From positions 496,001-560,000 of the forward strand of contig NW_020845073.1 of NCBI RefSeq assembly GCF_003704095.1: 64,000 nt of DNA. Reading direction: 5' to 3'. Source of the stretch: Pocillopora damicornis (lineage: Eukaryota). The notes under the pieces were generated by a model. The model was not told where the DNA came from. It saw only the letters and a program-made list of their open reading frames with translations, and ran no database searches. Of this stretch, positions 61,901-64,000 are shown in pieces (positions within the stretch are counted from its first letter, which is position 1; each line of letters starts with the position of its first letter). Made by a program: the position numbers and the translations under genes.

Positions 61901-64000
61901 TATAAGCCGTCTGACATTTAATTATTTAGATGCCTTGTATATACGCCATCTTGGTCCCAAAATTGAATGCATGAACGTCGAAAACACAAAATCGATGAGC
62001 TGCTCTCAGGCATGATTAGAACCTTCCCTTTTTGCAAAAGCTGGGAAAGGAGAGACAAACGCTGTGCTTCGGTAATGGCTGCTTAAATGTCGATTTCTGC
62101 GCAATAAATGGTGCTGTTCTGAAAAAAACCAGAAAAACGTGTATTTTTATTGGAGAAGAAATCGTCATCGCTTGGAATCGCTCCTGGGACCTTTCACTTG
62201 AGCGGGGTTGTACTGTCCATTGCCAAAGTTTGTAATATATTTCTATGTGATAACATGTTTCCGATAATAGACTGATAATTGGCTTATGTAAATAGCCCTT
62301 TATTTTCAAAGCGAGTCCTGGTCCACAACCCTTCATAGGACTATAAGTTTTTATTCACATGCAAATTAAACTCATTTTCATACAAGCACCAGGCCTTGTT
62401 ATGAAAAAGAGGCTAAAGGTAATTCGGAAATAGCCCATTGGCCAAAGTAAACTGGCCAAAGTAAAGGGTTTCTAAAGCAGACGTTTGAAGGGTTAGCCCT
62501 CCAGATCTCATTTGCTTGATCTACATACTTATGTCAGCAGGAACACCTTGACAAGTAAGTAACTACAATAGGGACAAACACTATCACTCTTCAAAATCAT
62601 TTTTTACTTAATAGGCAACTAGATTTTATCTACTATCCTATGAAATACTTGGGATCAGGGATCGAAAATGATGGTTTTGGTTGAGTATGTAGTGACGGAA
62701 ATGTCTATCATGTTCAGAAATGTGATACACTTTGAAACCGTTATGTTTTAGTGAGGTATCTGGTGGTTATCCTATTTCAAGTTCAATAATAATAATAATA
62801 TAATAAATATAATTATGTGTCATTGAAACCGATGTTTCACGGGAAAAAGGGTCTTCAATGACTTGAAATTAGTTCTCCTCTGAACAGGCACATAAGTTGC
62901 ATGTTTTTTGTCTGAAATATCTAAGCGAACACAGCCATAATTCCTCGGTTAGAGACAAAACCAACCACAAGATTCCTTTGTTTTAAAATCCCATTCTATG
63001 AATTTGATATAAACTTAAGTGAGCATAAAAACAAACCACACGTCTCGGATACTTGCTAATTTCATGAAGAATAGTCGATAATGTCGGATGTCACGCTGGA
63101 GTGAATTCAACAAAGCTCAACTTTGAAACGTTAGTGCTATCTTGGAGTAATTGTGCCAAAAAAGAGCTCGCTCCCGTGACATTAGCGGTTTATTTATTTC
63201 AATCAACTTAGGGCCAATTCTAAAACATACTCAGGGCTACAATTGGTATAGAATAACAAAGTTATCTTTAAAACTCTTCTTCGTACTGGCCCACGCTCTT
63301 TACCAAGATCTTAAAGATTTGGTTCATGCCTAGCATGCGTATATTGAATCATGGATGCACGCGGGAAGTTTGGAGAGCAATCAAGAAGCTTAAGTTGCTC
63401 TCGGCTGTGCCTTCAGCAACTATAACGCTTCCCTGGTGCTTTCCAAATCTCCTGCGTGTATTCATAACTCGATCTACGAACAGCTAAAAGCATGACTTGT
63501 GCTGGAAGAAAGAGTTTTTTAAAATATCACTATTGTGTCGGGTTTCCCAGGTAATCGCGATCTACCCGAAAGATATGACTTTATGATAAGGCAAAGACGA
63601 CCAAGAAATATATTAGACCAAAAATGTATTTGAAAGATTTTAAGTATGATGATAAAAAGCTTAAAGAGAAAAACGAATTTTTTGCATGTGCGTGAACACG
63701 TCGTAGATTCAACATGCTTGAATCGTTGTTTACTAGAATTCACGGCCAGAAAATTGTGTAGGTTTGTGATGAAAATTCTGAAATTGTACGGTTTGAAATT
63801 AATATCATCTATTTAACAATACTTTTGGGGCATAGCAAGATTTAAAAGCAATACTCACTGTTTGAAAAACCAAGCGAAAAACGTACGAGTTTTTTGTCTT
63901 TACGAGACCCGCCAAGTTGATTCGCCTTACTTGAATTTGTGTTTACTAGAAGTTACGACTCGAAAATTTCAAGGCTTTGCGCTGAAATTTTTGAAGAACG
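58986..64000. repeat. Long inverted repeat: arms ~58986-60689 and ~62281-64000 (runs off the window); 61387-62277 is an inverted copy of ~49505-50390
   Basis: For example 60651-60688 CAGGACTCGCTTTGAAAATAAAGGGCTATTTACATAAG is reverse-complemented starting at 62282, and the window end is the reverse complement of ~58986-59025. Confidence 0.9.

Overview
AT-rich eukaryotic (animal) genomic DNA with spliceosomal introns and several assembly gaps. The repeat families and gene content suggest a cnidarian, probably a scleractinian coral (inference). Left part (1-28.3 kb): a cluster of four multi-exon CD225/dispanin (IFITM/PRRT-like) membrane-protein genes, two with long PQPGY-rich N-termini and two compact. 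It also holds a 5'-truncated dead CR1/L2-type LINE and a frameshifted remnant of a secreted protein with a Cry/PirB-like amphipathic N-terminus. Middle (31.4-35.4 kb): a complete 7-coding-exon nicotinic acetylcholine receptor alpha-like subunit gene. Right part (37.5-64 kb): a rearranged array of about nine copies or fragments of a secreted GH5-like (cellulase family) TIM-barrel gene, each built from a 70-nt signal-peptide exon and one intronless ~1-kb exon. Two copies have intact catalytic exons and the rest are broken. All readable copies have Ala where the GH5 nucleophile Glu is expected. The array sits in kb-scale direct and inverted duplications, including a segment whose orientation is flipped relative to the same signal-exon flank. 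Exon models were read by eye from splice consensus and frame continuity; no database searches were run.
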